A stretch of 64,000 nt of DNA. It comes from Octopus sinensis. Taxonomy: Eukaryota. The position numbers and the translations under genes are program-made. The notes under the pieces are model-generated. The model was not told where the DNA came from. It worked only from the letters and a program-made list of their open reading frames with translations, and ran no database searches. Below are positions 22,290-35,135 of the stretch, piece after piece. The first letter of the stretch is position 1; every line of letters starts with the position of its first letter. Location of the stretch: positions 62,001 through 126,000 of the forward strand of contig NW_021833116.1 in the NCBI RefSeq assembly GCF_006345805.1, written 5' to 3'.

Positions 22290-23308
22290 GGTACATATGT
22301 AGTAGTTGGCGGCCACTTTTTAGCGAATTTTAAAAAAACTATATTTTTTTTGGTGAATAATTACCTTTTTTAAATAATATTACTATAAAAAATTAATTAT
22401 TTTTATACAAAATTATTAATTATTTTTTTTTTTTAGTTTTGATTCTGGGGACAATGTAAGGCAATGCACTCCATGATTGTTTCAAATTCTTTCTTTTTGG
22501 CTGTCTGTCGCCAAATGAACTCCGTAAAATAACTATTAAGGTGTTGTCTGACTGTTCCCCTTTGTTTTCTATTACGCCATTTGGCGCTACTCCACATTCT
22601 AAGGAATAATTATATAATTGGAAACCTTTCATATGTTGGGTGTGTGCACCCGTAGTTGGATCAACAAAACAATATCTGTGATTCACTTGCAGGTGCTGAT
22701 ATCCTGCATCCTGAAGATCTTTTGTTGAATAACCTTCCAGCAGTCTGATATGAGAATGGTGCCTTCTTCTACATTCTCAAGAATAGCCTTCGTAAGGGTC
22801 TTCATTGTTCTGTCAGGTATTGCTTCTAAGAAGCATTGGTTCGTTTCTCTGCAGATTCCGCCGAAAACCCATTGCTCAGGCAACATTCTGCCTCTGTTGT
22901 ATTTCCTTTTTGAAAAATATCTTCGAATGGTACTTTGGTTCCTGCTAACCACGTTCCTGTTGAGTTTTAATGATATAAATACCAGTTTTTAGACTCGATT
23001 TACTTCGACAGCCCCTTCTGTAGCAATTCCAAGCCGGAGAGCTGCCAATGTTAAAGTCATTTGGTGTCCGTTGCGACACACTTTTTTTGGGATGATTCCT
23101 CTGGATTGCATGAAATTGATAGCTTCTGACATATTTGTGGGTAGATTGAATAGATTGACCTCACTTCTCATTTAAATTAAAGTAGCGTGGGATTTTATTA
23201 TTTTTATATTGTATTATTTTTAATTATATATTTTTTTTTTAACTAAAAAAAATATAGTTTTTTTTTAAAATTCGCTAAAAAGTGGCCGCCAACTACTACA
23301 TATGTACC
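22290..23308 (-). mobile_element. Merlin (IS1595/ISXO2-like) DNA transposon, internally deleted
   Basis: TIR GGTACATATGTAGTAGTTGGCGGCCACTTTTTAGCGAATTTT at both ends; 8-bp TSD AAAAATAT (22282-89, 23309-16). KRKYNRGR...QWVFGGICRET...ISDCWK...VNH...VDPTTGAHTQ. Introns at 22957-22982 and 22599-22625. Confidence 0.95.
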
Positions 23309-23925
23309 AAAAATATTAATAAATCTGAAACATTATTAAAATTAACATGTATAAATACTTGTATTATGTCGCGCCCATAGCTGGCGACCATACCACGCTG
23401 GCGACCATGGTGACCTACATTGTTGACAGCGTCACCTACATAGTTTGACAGTCAATTAAAAACGAAAATAATTTATTATAAAAAGGGTTTAGCGTTATTT
23501 TAATTAGAAACTAAACTAATTGAGCGCTTTAACTAAACATTGACACGGGGTATGGCTAAACTGATGGATAAAGAAGGAACTAAAAATTGGAAACAATTTT
23601 TAGACAGAGTAACTTTTTCCTATTTCTTCCAGAACGGAGGATTGTCCTTTAAAGTAACAATTCAACCACACTAAGACGAATCCTGTCCTCAGCCTCCTTG
23701 AATGAGCATTTTAGTCACATTCTTGGCAAAAAATTCACCTTCCCGAAGATATCTGAAGTCGGTTCTCAGAAAATGCTCAAACAAGTAGATCCTGACCAAC
23801 AAAATGGCAAATTGGACGTCTTCCAACTTCCAATGCCCAGAACCTCTAATCCGTGAATATATCATTTGTGAATATATCGACTCTGTCGAAATCCGTCCTA
23901 AGGAAACATGGTCCCTTAAACGAAT

Positions 23926-24366
23926 ATGACTGAATCATGCCAAGGAAACGGTCGTTCGATACGTCCACATGTCATTTGGAGGACTCATAACTCGGAGGAA
24001 ACCCTTGAATCAATTTGTCAGTTGTGTTCCAAGTCAGTTATTCATAAAATGGCAAAGGAACTGTCAATTGGGAAGTTATATCGATGTGACTATTGCAATT
24101 TGTCATTTACGGAGATTGCCTTGGATATCCTTCACCGCGGAATAACGTGCGGTGGATGTGTCCTCTCTCCAGTGAACATGTCGTGGTTGGTTGATGCCCC
24201 AAAGTCATATGATGCGTTATTTCCAACTAGAAGTATCACAAAGAGGACTAAAAACATGAGGAAATATGCTCGTTGTCCTGTCGATGCTGACCACGCGTGG
24301 ACAAGATTTAAAATGACAAGTCGTGCACCCCAGCCAAGAAGTGGGTCTCCCTACAAGGTTGACTGA
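23926..24366 (+). CDS. Unassigned ORF with a C2H2-like motif
   Basis: YRCDYCNLSFTEIALDILHRG resembles the Ikaros/hunchback C-terminal finger, but the second His and context are missing; non-ATG start. Confidence 0.2.
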   Translation: MTESCQGNGRSIRPHVIWRTHNSEETLESICQLCSKSVIHKMAKELSIGKLYRCDYCNLSFTEIALDILHRGITCGGCVLSPVNMSWLVDAPKSYDALFPTRSITKRTKNMRKYARCPVDADHAWTRFKMTSRAPQPRSGSPYKVD

Positions 24367-25199
24367 GATGGGCCATTGTAGGTCTCCCAAGTAGTGAAGG
24401 CGATGTATAAAGGCACATCACGTGTTTTTGATGAGAGTGAGGAAATAAGATCAAATCAGGAAATGACTGAAATAGCACAAAAGAGTCATCACGGGACCAA
24501 ATTACTGCCATATGCGAATGGTAAGTTAAAAGGGTAAAATATAGTATTAAAATGCCTATTTGTTGTATTATGAACGTCCTGGGAATCTAACCCGGTTCTA
24601 TCCGATTGAGTATGAATTGTCGATTGGGACTGGTTGGAATAACGTGTTTGTAATTATCAGAGGACAGTTGTTGTGTCAGACTGGATAGACTATATACTGC
24701 ATGTGAACGAATATCCCAAACCCACGCTCAGTGTTTCACGACTCATACACGGACATATGAACTAGTCAACTATAGTCAATTTGGGACACTTGTGGATAGG
24801 ATTGTTTATTGCAACGGGCACTCACACGTTCTTTGTTGTTGATTTATTGTAGGATGACGATGTGGGGTGCATGTGTAGTCCTAGAGATGATTTGGACGTG
24901 GAAGGGAACGAGGAATCTGCCCATATTCTCCACGGATCCTCCATCAGAGTATTTTATTCAGAGTTTATTGTTTAGATTGGATGCGGTCAATTTATATTCT
25001 CCATTTTGTTTGCGAACGAGTGACTTATTATTTTTATATAATCATGACACGTCCTAATCACCTGGAATAGAAGAGGATTGCGTTTCACCCACCACACTCT
25101 AACCTCTAAATAACGAACCATGTTTCTAAAAACGCTTCAAAAACATATAATAACTAAACCACGAATAATTCATCGACATTAATTTTGCCAACTACCCAA

Positions 25200-25560
25200 A
25201 CAGTGATTATCTGATCATACAATTATTTAGAAGTTATATTAACCAAGAAGGTCCAATGCGTGTTTCAAAGCTAAATGAATTGCAAAAAAGTTTATCTGCG
25301 TTACAGACTCATTTCAAAAAAATCATGTACTGCATTAGTCACTGCAAGCTATGAAATCAACAGAATGCTTGCAGTAAATGGAAAATCATATTGTAATTTC
25401 ATCAAGCAATGCCTTGTAAAAACAGCGAATATTATTTGTCCAGACGGCACTTGTTTAAAGATATTTCATTAACAAGAAATATGGTTGCCGAACACATTAA
25501 TGAAATGGCATTGAATTTGACACACCAATTAAAGTCTTATTTTCTAAAATTCTCTATTTA
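25200..25560 (+). mobile_element. hAT (SPIN/GTF2IRD2-like) transposase fragment
   Basis: ASYEINRMLAVNGKSYCNFIKQCLVKTANIICP...ISL.RNMVAEHINEMA. Confidence 0.7.
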
Positions 25561-26048
25561 GACAAACCAAGCGTATTTGCCGTCTAATGGACACACCCAG
25601 ACACTACCACTTCATACCGGTCTCGTAGGCCAGCCACTGAACTGACATATTTATTAAGGCCAAGTTCAAGTCGAAAATACAGGAACTTCTACTCTGAACC
25701 TATTGACATAGTAAAGTAGTGACCATTCCATCTGATTTATATCCAAATTTCCAATAACTGAGGATATTTTATAAAGTTCAGATATGGTTTATAATCAAAA
25801 TTCATAAACACGGACCATAAAATCATCATAACTCGACATAATAAATTGAACATCAAACAAACGAAAAACACACAAAACGAATGCCAAAAGCATGCTTAAA
25901 AATTTATATAAATTATTATTTAAATTTTGCTACAAAATTATTTTAGCAGCAAAATTCCCCACTCCCACACCTCACTTGGGAAAATAGATTATACTTATAA
26001 ATTTAATCTTTTTAAATATAATCCCAAATGTCAAAAAAGATTTATTTC

Positions 26049-26891
26049 CTAATCAAATTTCCTCTCAGCCAACGACTTTTGAGCAGTCTCCTCCAAATCA
26101 CGAATATCCTCAATAGTCAGCCCCCGATACTCGTCCTGCCAACACCAGGCCTGTCGATGTGCCCGCAGAATAGTCTCCCTGACACCTAGCAGTAACCCCC
26201 TCACCCCACCATATGCCTGAATATAATTCTCTGCCCGTCCACGAATCAGCGAATAATCAAAATTGACTCGACATAGTTTATAGGCACACATCCCTGGGCT
26301 GGGATCCACGTTTTTAAGCCAATCCTCTCTCAGAGGGGTCACTTGGTTGTGTGGAGATGTGAAATGGAGGGGATCCTCCTCCTTGTGGTAGTCCCGCACT
26401 TTTCTGTCACAAATATCCACCAATTCGGTCCTCGAGTTGAGTTTCTCTTCCTCAGACAATCCAAATATATTCTCAGTGGTCCCCAAGTCGTTGTCCAAGT
26501 AGTGGCTTTCGATATGGAGGGAAAATTTGGACAGAAAGGGACATTTGTAGACCGTTTTAGTGTAGGGGTACGCATTCCAGGCCTCCTCCTCGACATACAG
26601 AGATTTGGGGACCAAATACTTGAGCCAGCCTTAGAAATGAGGGGAAGGGAGTACTGGGGACATGATCGGCTATGTGGTATATTTTGAAGGTGTATTGGCC
26701 GGATCCCCCGGGACCGTCGGAATAGGGTTCGTTTTTGATTATTTCGACTGAACTGTCTTTGCTTGTGCTCTCTAATTTGCTTTTTTTCTAAGATTTGTTG
26801 TATTTGTTTTTACTTGTATCATGTAAAGCTGTCCTATTCTGTACTGGCTGGCTGACATTGGCATGGGAATACGGTACTCCACAATAACCAT
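26049..26891 (-). CDS. Phosphatidylinositol transfer protein (PITP domain only, RdgB-alpha/PITPNM-like sequence), 3 micro-introns
   Basis: MVIVEYRIPMP...YRIGQLYMIQ|KKSK...DGPGGSGQYT.KIYH...EEEAWNAYPYTKT...MCAYKLCRV...LRAHRQAWCWQDEY, stop at 26049. Confidence 0.93.
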
Positions 26892-27189
26892 TCTCGGAGG
26901 AATAAACTAATTCGATTAGTATTTATTTGATATTTAAATATATTTTACTATTTGTTATTATATAAAAAGTTTAAATATAGTTATAAATTAATTATAAACG
27001 GCAAATGTATTTAATATGTGCAATGAATGAAAATGTTTTTTAAGATGATTTGATTGATCTTAAAAGGTTTAAAGTTTATTAGTCATTATTGTCGATTTAA
27101 GAATGATCATTTTGCTTGGTTATTGTCTGTAGTAGACATATATTAAAAATATGCATTCACCAGCAACATAATAAACAAAATTGGAAGAG

Positions 27190-27540
27190 AGGTTGCCGAC
27201 AAATTAGAAAAAATTTTTATGGATCACGGGCTTTGCAAATACTTGCAATGAGACAATGAGACCGAGTTCATATCAATGCCGCATTTTTGAGGAGCAGCGG
27301 AGAAACAACTCATGGAGACAGAAATGGTTACCACATCACCAAATGGAACAACCGAGATATCGCTCCTTGTGAAGAAACAAAAATCAATTTGGCTACAATA
27401 CTTAAAGACATCGAAGATAAATTTGGTCGGGAAAGATCAAATATTAAGAAGATCAGGAAGTGCGTCTCCTATATGTCAAGGAAGGAGGGTGAGATACAGA
27501 TCAAGGCCATGGAAATCTTGAAAGACAATGGAAGGTATTA
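27190..27540 (+). mobile_element. RTE-like LINE, left part (interrupted by nested LINE)
   Basis: The reading frame continues at 30760 across the TSD AAGGTATTA. Confidence 0.65.
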
Positions 27541-30500
27541 ACCTTTAACCCTTCTCTGTTTCCAATAAAACTTCCTTCCTTCCTTCCTTCGGTCTGAGTG
27601 GGCATTTGGCTTGCTACGGTGGCTGCTCTTCAGCTAAGGCAGCCACTGAACAACTAAAAAAGCAGCTCAGTGCCAGGGACAGACTGGCCAAAGCAGAACA
27701 CTCAAAAACTGTATGGTCAAAAGCGGAGGCCGTTGAATCTGTATGGCGAAAACCCACAATTTCCCGCTGTTTTGACTCCTCAACGCAAACAGATGTTAGT
27801 GAAGACGCAACTTTGCCTCCCAATACACAACACACAGAGCCTCAACCCGCTTTAAGAGGAAAGCACCAACTATCGACGTTGAGCTTACCTCTATGATTCG
27901 CAAAATAATCGCTATATGCGATGAAAAAGGCCTCGATATCAACAATCTGTGTCCCTTTCTCTTGGAAGGGAAAGGATTGATCAGGCGTGAGCCCCTTTCT
28001 GTCTATTATCGCTGTGAACGCACGTTCTCTAAAGAGAAGGCGTTCAGAGATTGAGGATATGTTATCCCATAACCCCGTGGACCTTTTGATCGTAAACGAA
28101 ACAAAAATCAAAAAACATGATGATTACTACTTGGGTGGCTATCGTTCCCTTGATATTAAGTGGAAGCCGGGCTCGATCGCTGGAACAGGCACTTCTATCT
28201 ACTACAAATCAACTCTAAGGGTGAAAAATCTAAAAATTGTGTCCGAGGAATTGTGTGAATTCCTCACAATCGACGTCCTTCTGGAAAAAGGGTGGGTAAC
28301 AATCGGAGGGATGTACTCAAAATCCCTTTCCAATTACTCATCGCTTATCAAGGACTTTTTTGCCGATAAAACAATCATTTGTCAATACTCCTCGGGGATC
28401 TAAATGCCAAATGCACATCTTTTGGCTGTCTGAGAACCACAGGGATGGCATCATTCTAAGAAGCTTTCAGAATCTCTCAGTTTCTCGGTCATCACATCAA
28501 AAACCCCAAATCATTACTCACCAGGAGGGTGGGACTATTTGGGCGTAGCATTGGTCTCTATGTCTACTCTTCAATTATGGAACAAACGTACACCTTAAAT
28601 GATATTGGAAGTGACCATCTACCAATTTTATACAAACTCAACCTTGGACCTTTAAAGGGTAAACCAACTTTTATACGATATAACCTCTCGACTATAAACT
28701 GGGAACACTACCGAAAATGTTTTACACTTTATCTGAGCAATTTCGCTCCTAAACTTGACGAAAATTCTTCATCTGAGGACCTCGAGAAGTCTAGCAATTC
28801 CCTTATTGGATACATAAAGTCTTATCTGGAAACATATTCTACAAAAATCGTCTCAAACAATAGGAAAACTCACATGCCAAACATGAATGTTGAAATCCTA
28901 CTAAGGAAAAAACAATGTCTAAGGAACAAACTCCGGCGCTGCGCAGATTTTCGTGACCGGTCCGTTTTGGAAAGTGAAATCTTCACCATTACGGAAGAAA
29001 TAAGAAAATCGGCGAAGGTGGCGAAGGATAAAAAATGGAATACTGAGTGCAAAAAGCTACATAAAGGAAGTCCAAATTTTTGGAAGGTCTACTCGAAATT
29101 AACCTCGACGTCTGAGAAAACTATACCTAAACTGCTAAAACAAGATGGATCCCCTGCATCTCATGAAGAAATCCCGAACATATTTGCTGATAGTCTCAAA
29201 GAATACAAGAAGTCAATCCGGATACAAATCTATCTGATTCAGCTTTGTTTGATATGGAAAAAGAGTTGGAAGACAATCTTAGCTCATTACCAATGTGCTC
29301 GGAATCTATAACGTGCAAAGACGTGGAAAATGCAGTTAGATACTCCAAAAATAACGCTCCGGGAAAGGACAAGATAACCATGCGCATGTTCAAGAAGCTC
29401 CCAAGCAACTTTACGAATATTTGGGATGTCTCTTCTCCCGCAGTGTGAGCTTGGGATACGTCCCTTCTTCATGGAAACTGACGGAGGTAAGGATGATACG
29501 GAAGCCTGGAAAACCTGGTTATTTGGCGACAAGTTATAGGCCTATAAGCCTAATTCCTACCATCAGTCGAATAATGGAAAGGGTAATGTTTGAACGACTC
29601 TCTGAACACGTCGAGAGAAATGGTTATCTCAAAGACGTGCAGTGGGGCTTTCGGAGGGGTCGTTCCTGTGCTGACTGTCTTTATACACTCCATTCGTCGA
29701 TTGTAAAGGCTCTGGATTTCAAAGAGTGTCTGACAATTGTGTCTCTAGACATCTCAAAAGCCTTTGATATGACATCTGGCGAAGTGTCACATAGACAAAG
29801 GACTATTCCTATGGCTAAAAGACTTCCTCCGCGACAGGCGCTCTGTGATAAGCTTTCTGAACTATGACTCGGATGAACTGAAACTTAAAAGAGGCGTCCC
29901 TCAAGGATCAGTCCTCAGTCCTCTATTATTCAACATTGTGATGAGCAATTTGCCGTCTCCTGTCAACACACGGACGGAAATTTTGATATACGCCGATGAT
30001 GTTGTAATCCTTGACATTTCATCGAAACCTGCCTTATCCGAACAAAGGATTATATCATATATGAATACAGTGGAGCAATGGTGCGATGAAAATATGTTCA
30101 TTATTGCGCGTGAGAAGTCCGCATTACTGAGAATCACAGAAAGCAGAAATTTAATAAATTTACCGTGCCTGATCAAGAACATACCTCGACAAAACTCAAT
30201 TAAATATCTTGGCTTGTTCATCGATGAAAAGGGAAACTATCTCGAAAACGCAAAATTAAGTAAAAGGAAAGCAACTAATGCTCTGTTCTGCCTGAGGAAG
30301 TTAAATTTGGAGCCTGATACTTTCCTCTACGTTTTCAATACGGTGATCCTACCGGGACTACTATACGGAAAAGAGGGATGGTACTTCTCTAAAAAGAAGG
30401 ACACCATCTTAACTAAATTTGAAAAGTCTCGCAGGCTCGCTTTGAAGCTTGCTTACCACCAAAAAGTTGAAGATCCAATCCCCCTGTGGCTTGAAAGTAA

Positions 30501-30750
30501 ATCCTCCATGGTCGGTGAAACTGTCGAAAAAGCTATAAGTGGTTATAAATCCAACTCAATTGTCACTGGGACGTACCTGCAGAGGTAGAAAAGAAAAAAA
30601 AAAAAAAAAAAAAAAAAAATTTACTTGAGGGGGTCTCTTTTTTTTTTCTGGGAAGAAGTCGATAGGGTAGTCCTATTGTTTCATTATACAAACTCCCCCC
30701 TAACCTTTAACCCTTCTCTGTTTCCAATAAAACTTCCTATTCCTATTCCT
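27541..30750 (+). mobile_element. 5'-truncated Jockey/I-group LINE (end of ORF1 + APE-RT ORF2) with (TATTCC)n tail and 9-bp TSD
   Basis: ORF1 knuckle remnant GHLACYGGC. APE motifs VNARSL, NETK, GSDHLPI. RT motifs YRPISLIP, QWGFRRGRS, LDISKAFD, GVPQGSVLSPLLF, YADD. TSD AAGGTATTA at 27532-40 and 30751-59. Confidence 0.92.
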
Positions 30751-31345
30751 AAGGTATTATGAGGCATTAGATTATTACGAGAACGTAAACACAGACAACC
30801 ACTAATCATAAATGACAAAAATGGATGACGAATTGCAGATTCCGCAGGATTAGCAAAACTAATCGCCGGCCACTTCAAGAAACTGTTTAGATCAACAGCA
30901 AAAGAATTGATGGATATACCGGGCATCTCAGGAAATTGGAGTTGGAAATAACTCCTGGAGAAGTGCAAAGAGCATGTGCTAAGCTCAAAAACAATAAAAG
31001 TCCAGGACCAGAGCTACTCAAGTATGGAAGTGAAAAGCTAAATGTCCTCATTACAGACCTCTTCAACGGAATGTTTAAAACAAACAACCATTTATCCCTT
31101 GGACGAGGGATACTGGTCTCTGTCCAAAAACCGAACAAAACTGAGGGAAAAGTAGAGAATCTGAGGCCAGTAATTCTTATGAATAGCATACGGAAAGTTC
31201 TTGCAATCATTACGCTAGAAAGAATAAAACCTCGCACCGAACTATTTATATCCGCTTTTCACAGCGGATTTCGGGAAGGAAGATCGACTTCTGACATCGT
31301 GTAGACCCATAGATGGCATTGTTCCACCATTCAAAGGTTCAATCG
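30751..31345 (+). mobile_element. RTE-like LINE, right part (RT N-terminal half)
   Basis: EVQRACAKLKNNKSPGP...NLRPVILMNSIRKVLA...GFREGRSTSDIV. Confidence 0.85.
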
Positions 31346-31349
31346 TTTT

Positions 31350-31620
31350 TATCGGTGAAATAATAAATGCTGCTTATTATAAACAACTTTTGTCACAAAA
31401 TCTATTTTAGTCAGCTTCGGAAATTGGATTGAACAATTTTATTTTTATACAAGATTATATCCGAAGCCTACAGCCAAGATTGTTCGTGAATGAATACGCG
31501 AAAAAATTATTAAAACACCTGAATGGCCTCCTCAAAGCCCTGATTTAAATCCAAAAGAGCACATCTGGGCTCACATAAAGTATAAATTGCGGGGATTGGG
31601 ACTACTGAAGAAACCCCAAA
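31350..31620 (+). mobile_element. Tc1 transposase fragment
   Basis: EWPPQSPDLNPKEHIWAHIK. Confidence 0.8.
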
Positions 31621-31649
31621 TAAAGGACAAAATAATTTTTCCAAGAGTG

Positions 31650-31960
31650 ACGGACACCAATATCGATGCGGAGGTACGGTGGACGTGAAAGGCCTTCACC
31701 CCCTCTCCTGCCGCCGGAGCGCAGGCCGCTCGCCTCGCCATGGAGCAATCAACGACGTAATCTCAAGAGCTCTCAACGCTGCTGGCTTCCCCAACGTGCT
31801 TGAACCAGTTGGATTGGACAGAGGGGACGGCAAACGCCCGGACGGGATGACCACCTTCCCATTCCGGAATGGCAATTTCCTGATCTGGGACGCCAGAGGA
31901 TCTCGCTCGCAATCGTGCGCGGGAACGCGCAAGCAATCCGTTCGGCTGGGTTAATTTAGT
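31650..31960 (+). mobile_element. CRE-like 3' fragment with internal deletion
   Basis: [26 protein letters not shown]...KRPDG...LIWDA jumps directly to [15 protein letters not shown]. Confidence 0.85.
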
Positions 31961-32166
31961 TAACTGACAATTGTTTTGTTTATTCAAAGATTAACCCATT
32001 TTTCCAAGAAGATTATAAATAATTCTATCAAAAGCTTCCATACACGTGTACAAAAAGTATATAATGTAAATCTTAATAATAAAATGGTATGGTGTGTGTC
32101 TGTCTGTCTGTCTGTCTGTGTGTCTGTCTGTCTGTCTGTGCACACCAACTTCAAATTGGCAATACG

Positions 32167-33150
32167 ATGTCCTCGACTTACATGATGAGGTCCTTAAAAC
32201 CTTCCCCCCAAAAAAATTAAAAAAAAATTTTCTGCATTTTGGTTTTTAAAATGAACAACTACAATGTCCTCGACTTACATGATGAAGTCCTTAAAAACTT
32301 CCCCCCAAAAAAAATTAAAAAAAAATTTTCTGCATTTTGGTTAGAATGAACACACTACAATGTCCTCGACTTACATGATGAGGTCCTAAAAACCTTCCCC
32401 CCCCAAAAAAAATTAAAAAAAAATTTTCTGCATTTTGGTTAAATGACAACTACAATGTCCTCGACTTACATGATGAGGTCCTTAAAACCTTCCCCCCAAA
32501 AAAATTAAAAAAAAATTTTCTTCATTTTGGTTAAAATGAACAACTACAATGTCCTCGACTTACATGATGAGGTCCTTAAAACCTTCCCCCCAAAAAAATT
32601 AAAAAAAAATTTTCTGCATTTTGGTTAAAATGAACAACTACAATGTCCTCGACTTACATGATGAAGTCCTTAAAACTTTCCCCCCCAAAAAAATTAAAAA
32701 AAAATTTTCTGCATTTTGGTTAGAATGAACAACTACAATGTCCTCGACTTACATGATGAAGTCCTTAAAACCTTCCCCCCAAAAAAAATTAAAAAAAAAT
32801 TTTCTGCATTTTGGTTAGAATGAACAACTACAATGTCCTCGACTTACATGATGAAGTCCTTAAAACCTTCCCCCCAAAAAAATTAAAAAAAAATTTTCTG
32901 CATTTTGGTTAAAATGAACAACTACAATGTCCTCGACTTACATGATGAAGTCCTTAAAACCCCTCCCCCCCAAAAAAATTAAAAAAAAATTTTCTGCATT
33001 TTGGTTAGAATGAACAACTACAATGTCCTCGACTTACATGATGAAGTCCTTAAAACCTTTCCCCCAAAAAATCAAAAAATTATTTTCTGCATTTTGATTA
33101 AAATGAACAACGCGAATGTCCTCGACATTCATGATGAGGTCCATTAAAAC
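32167..33150. repeat. About 95-bp tandem array (about 10 units) inside the Helitron
   Basis: Unit AATGTCCTCGACTTACATGATGAAGTCCTTAAAACCTTCCCCCCAAAAAAAATTAAAAAAAAATTTTCTGCATTTTGGTTAGAATGAACAACTAC. Confidence 0.97.
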
Positions 33151-33364
33151 CTTCAAGGCAAAAATCTCACGTATTAAGAATATCCTTGATGAAAACGACA
33201 GCGAGAATATTAACAATGATGAACTCCCAATTATTCGCGATAAAGAAATTCAATTCATCCTATGTTTTTCTCTTTAAAATTAAATGCATATATCATTATC
33301 GACCATGAATCAAAATTAAAGCTATTATCATATTTGACTTTGACAGAATGTGCAATCACAGATT

Positions 33365-33572
33365 GCACGACTTTGAATAGAGTGTGCAATTAACAGATTT
33401 TGAAAAACACTTTGATAGTTGAAACCACATTAGCACAATCATTAACACAATTTACACCACCAATTGACGCACGACCTTGAATAGAGTGTGCAATTAACAG
33501 ATTTTGAAAAACACTTTGATAGTTGAAAAACCACATTAGCACAACCATTAACACAATTTACCACCAATTGAC
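33365..33572. repeat. About 103-bp direct duplication inside the Helitron
   Basis: GCACGAC(T/C)TTGAATAGAGTGTGCAATTAACAGATTTTG...ACCACCAATTGAC occurs twice. Confidence 0.9.
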
Positions 33573-34885
33573 AGCGCAATCAGAAGAATTTGCGTAAAAA
33601 TATTAACTATTTACTTGAGTTTTTCGTAAAGATAGAATTTATTTTCGGTATGCCTCTTTTCCTAAACTTTTTTATTATTCAAAAATAATTTTTAAATAGA
33701 TAACCGAAGGAGGAAAAACGAAGCTGAAGAAAAAACGGTCAGCTTAATAAGGTAATTAATTAAATCTTTTTTGTGTGTCGCTTTTTGAGTGTCGCTTTCT
33801 TGCCTGCCGCATTTCCGCCTGCCGCATCTCCCCCTGCCCCATTTCCGCCAGTAAAAAACAAAAAATAAAAAAGAAAAAAAAGGAAATTACAAAGGAAAAA
33901 TGAAAAAATTAAATATAAAAAAATAAACCACAAAAAATGAAAAAAAAAGTTTGCAATGACAATAAACAAGGCCCAGGGACAGTCATTAAAGGTAGTTGGG
34001 TTATTTTAGAGAGTGAGTGCTTTTCACATGGACAGCTGTATGTGGGATGCTCGAGGGTAGGCAGAAGAGAAAATTTATTCATATATGCCAAGGAAGGACG
34101 GACGACAAACATCGTTTATCAACAGGCGATAGAATAGGGTTACATTTAACCAGGTAGTTTTATACATCTACATAAACTTATAGTTGTTTGATGAAACAGG
34201 CCCTCCGCAGGAGCTAGGTCGCGGTGAGCGAAGCGAGCTGCCGAGCTAGTGGTAGATATTTAACTTTCTCTGGTCACTTTTTAAAATTGGTTTAAAAAAA
34301 TCATCATTATCACTAATAGAAAAAAACAAATAGTCGATTTGTAAATATGATTTTTGAGATGAGTGCAAATACAATCAAAATAACGACAACATACAATCAA
34401 ATCATCTGCTGTGCACACAAGCTTAGATAAGGCAGGGAAAAAAGGACTAGGAATAATGAACTCGCAGATATATCTAAACATGAAACAGTTTTTAAAAGAC
34501 AGAACCCAATGTCTTGTGGCCCTCTTTATAACTCATGCCTTGACAACAATGATATGAACTTGAAAGTGACGAATTAAAAACCATAATGTCATATCAGAAC
34601 TCCTCTGTTATGGGAGGATAAGCCTATTTAGATTTCTAATAAGGCAATTCACAGATCCAATAACGGAGAGTGTGGTCAAAAGGATCATGAAACGAAAAGA
34701 AATAAAATATCGATGGTGATTCATTTCGAAAAAAACATTAAAGTTATCGGATCTGGCAAGGTGGATGCCAAAAATATATATAACCAAAAGAAATAAAAAC
34801 CAAAACATAGAAAAACATTCTACCAAAAGAATACTTTGTGAACTTGTTTTTGAAATGAGAAAAGTATATATAATTTTCAGAAAAA

Positions 34886-35135
34886 GATTAAACAAACAGA
34901 TTAGAGAAATAAAATCGGAAAATATCCAAAAAATGATGAAATTTCAGATAACTTAATCACTAAAAGAAATTACATCACGAAATATTCCTTCTGAATCCAA
35001 TTTAATAAAAATAATAAAAATAGAGCACAACTAAATAACAAGAACACCACAACAAACTAATTCAGCGGCATCTATGCATGTGTCATAATTAATTAGGTTT
35101 GCCATCAAAAATTAAGATAATTAAACAATAATGTT
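34886..35135 (-). repeat. Dispersed repeat of unknown class, copy B
   Basis: About 240 bp, highly similar to 55566-55805. Confidence 0.85.

Larger units (their letters stand above)
32071..34249 (+). mobile_element. Non-autonomous Helitron
   Basis: Starts TC after A32070, carries a (TCTG)n microsatellite near the 5' end, and ends with a GC-rich hairpin + CTAG before T34250. Pif1 helicase tail FAMTINKAQGQS...FSHGQLYVGCSRV at 33947-34137. Confidence 0.9.

Noticed and set aside
24574-24600. tRNA-like T-arm (minus strand CCGGGTTAGATTCCCAGG)
   Set aside because: No acceptor stem, D-arm or anticodon arm can be built upstream.
30590-30619. Poly(A) run as the 3' end of the nested LINE
   Set aside because: The TSD lies about 130 bp further on, after the (TATTCC)n tail, so this A-run is internal to the 3' UTR.
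32167-33150. 95-bp array as a CRISPR array or repeat-protein gene
   Set aside because: No spacers, unit length varies only in homopolymers, and the array lies inside a Helitron with no sustained ORF.
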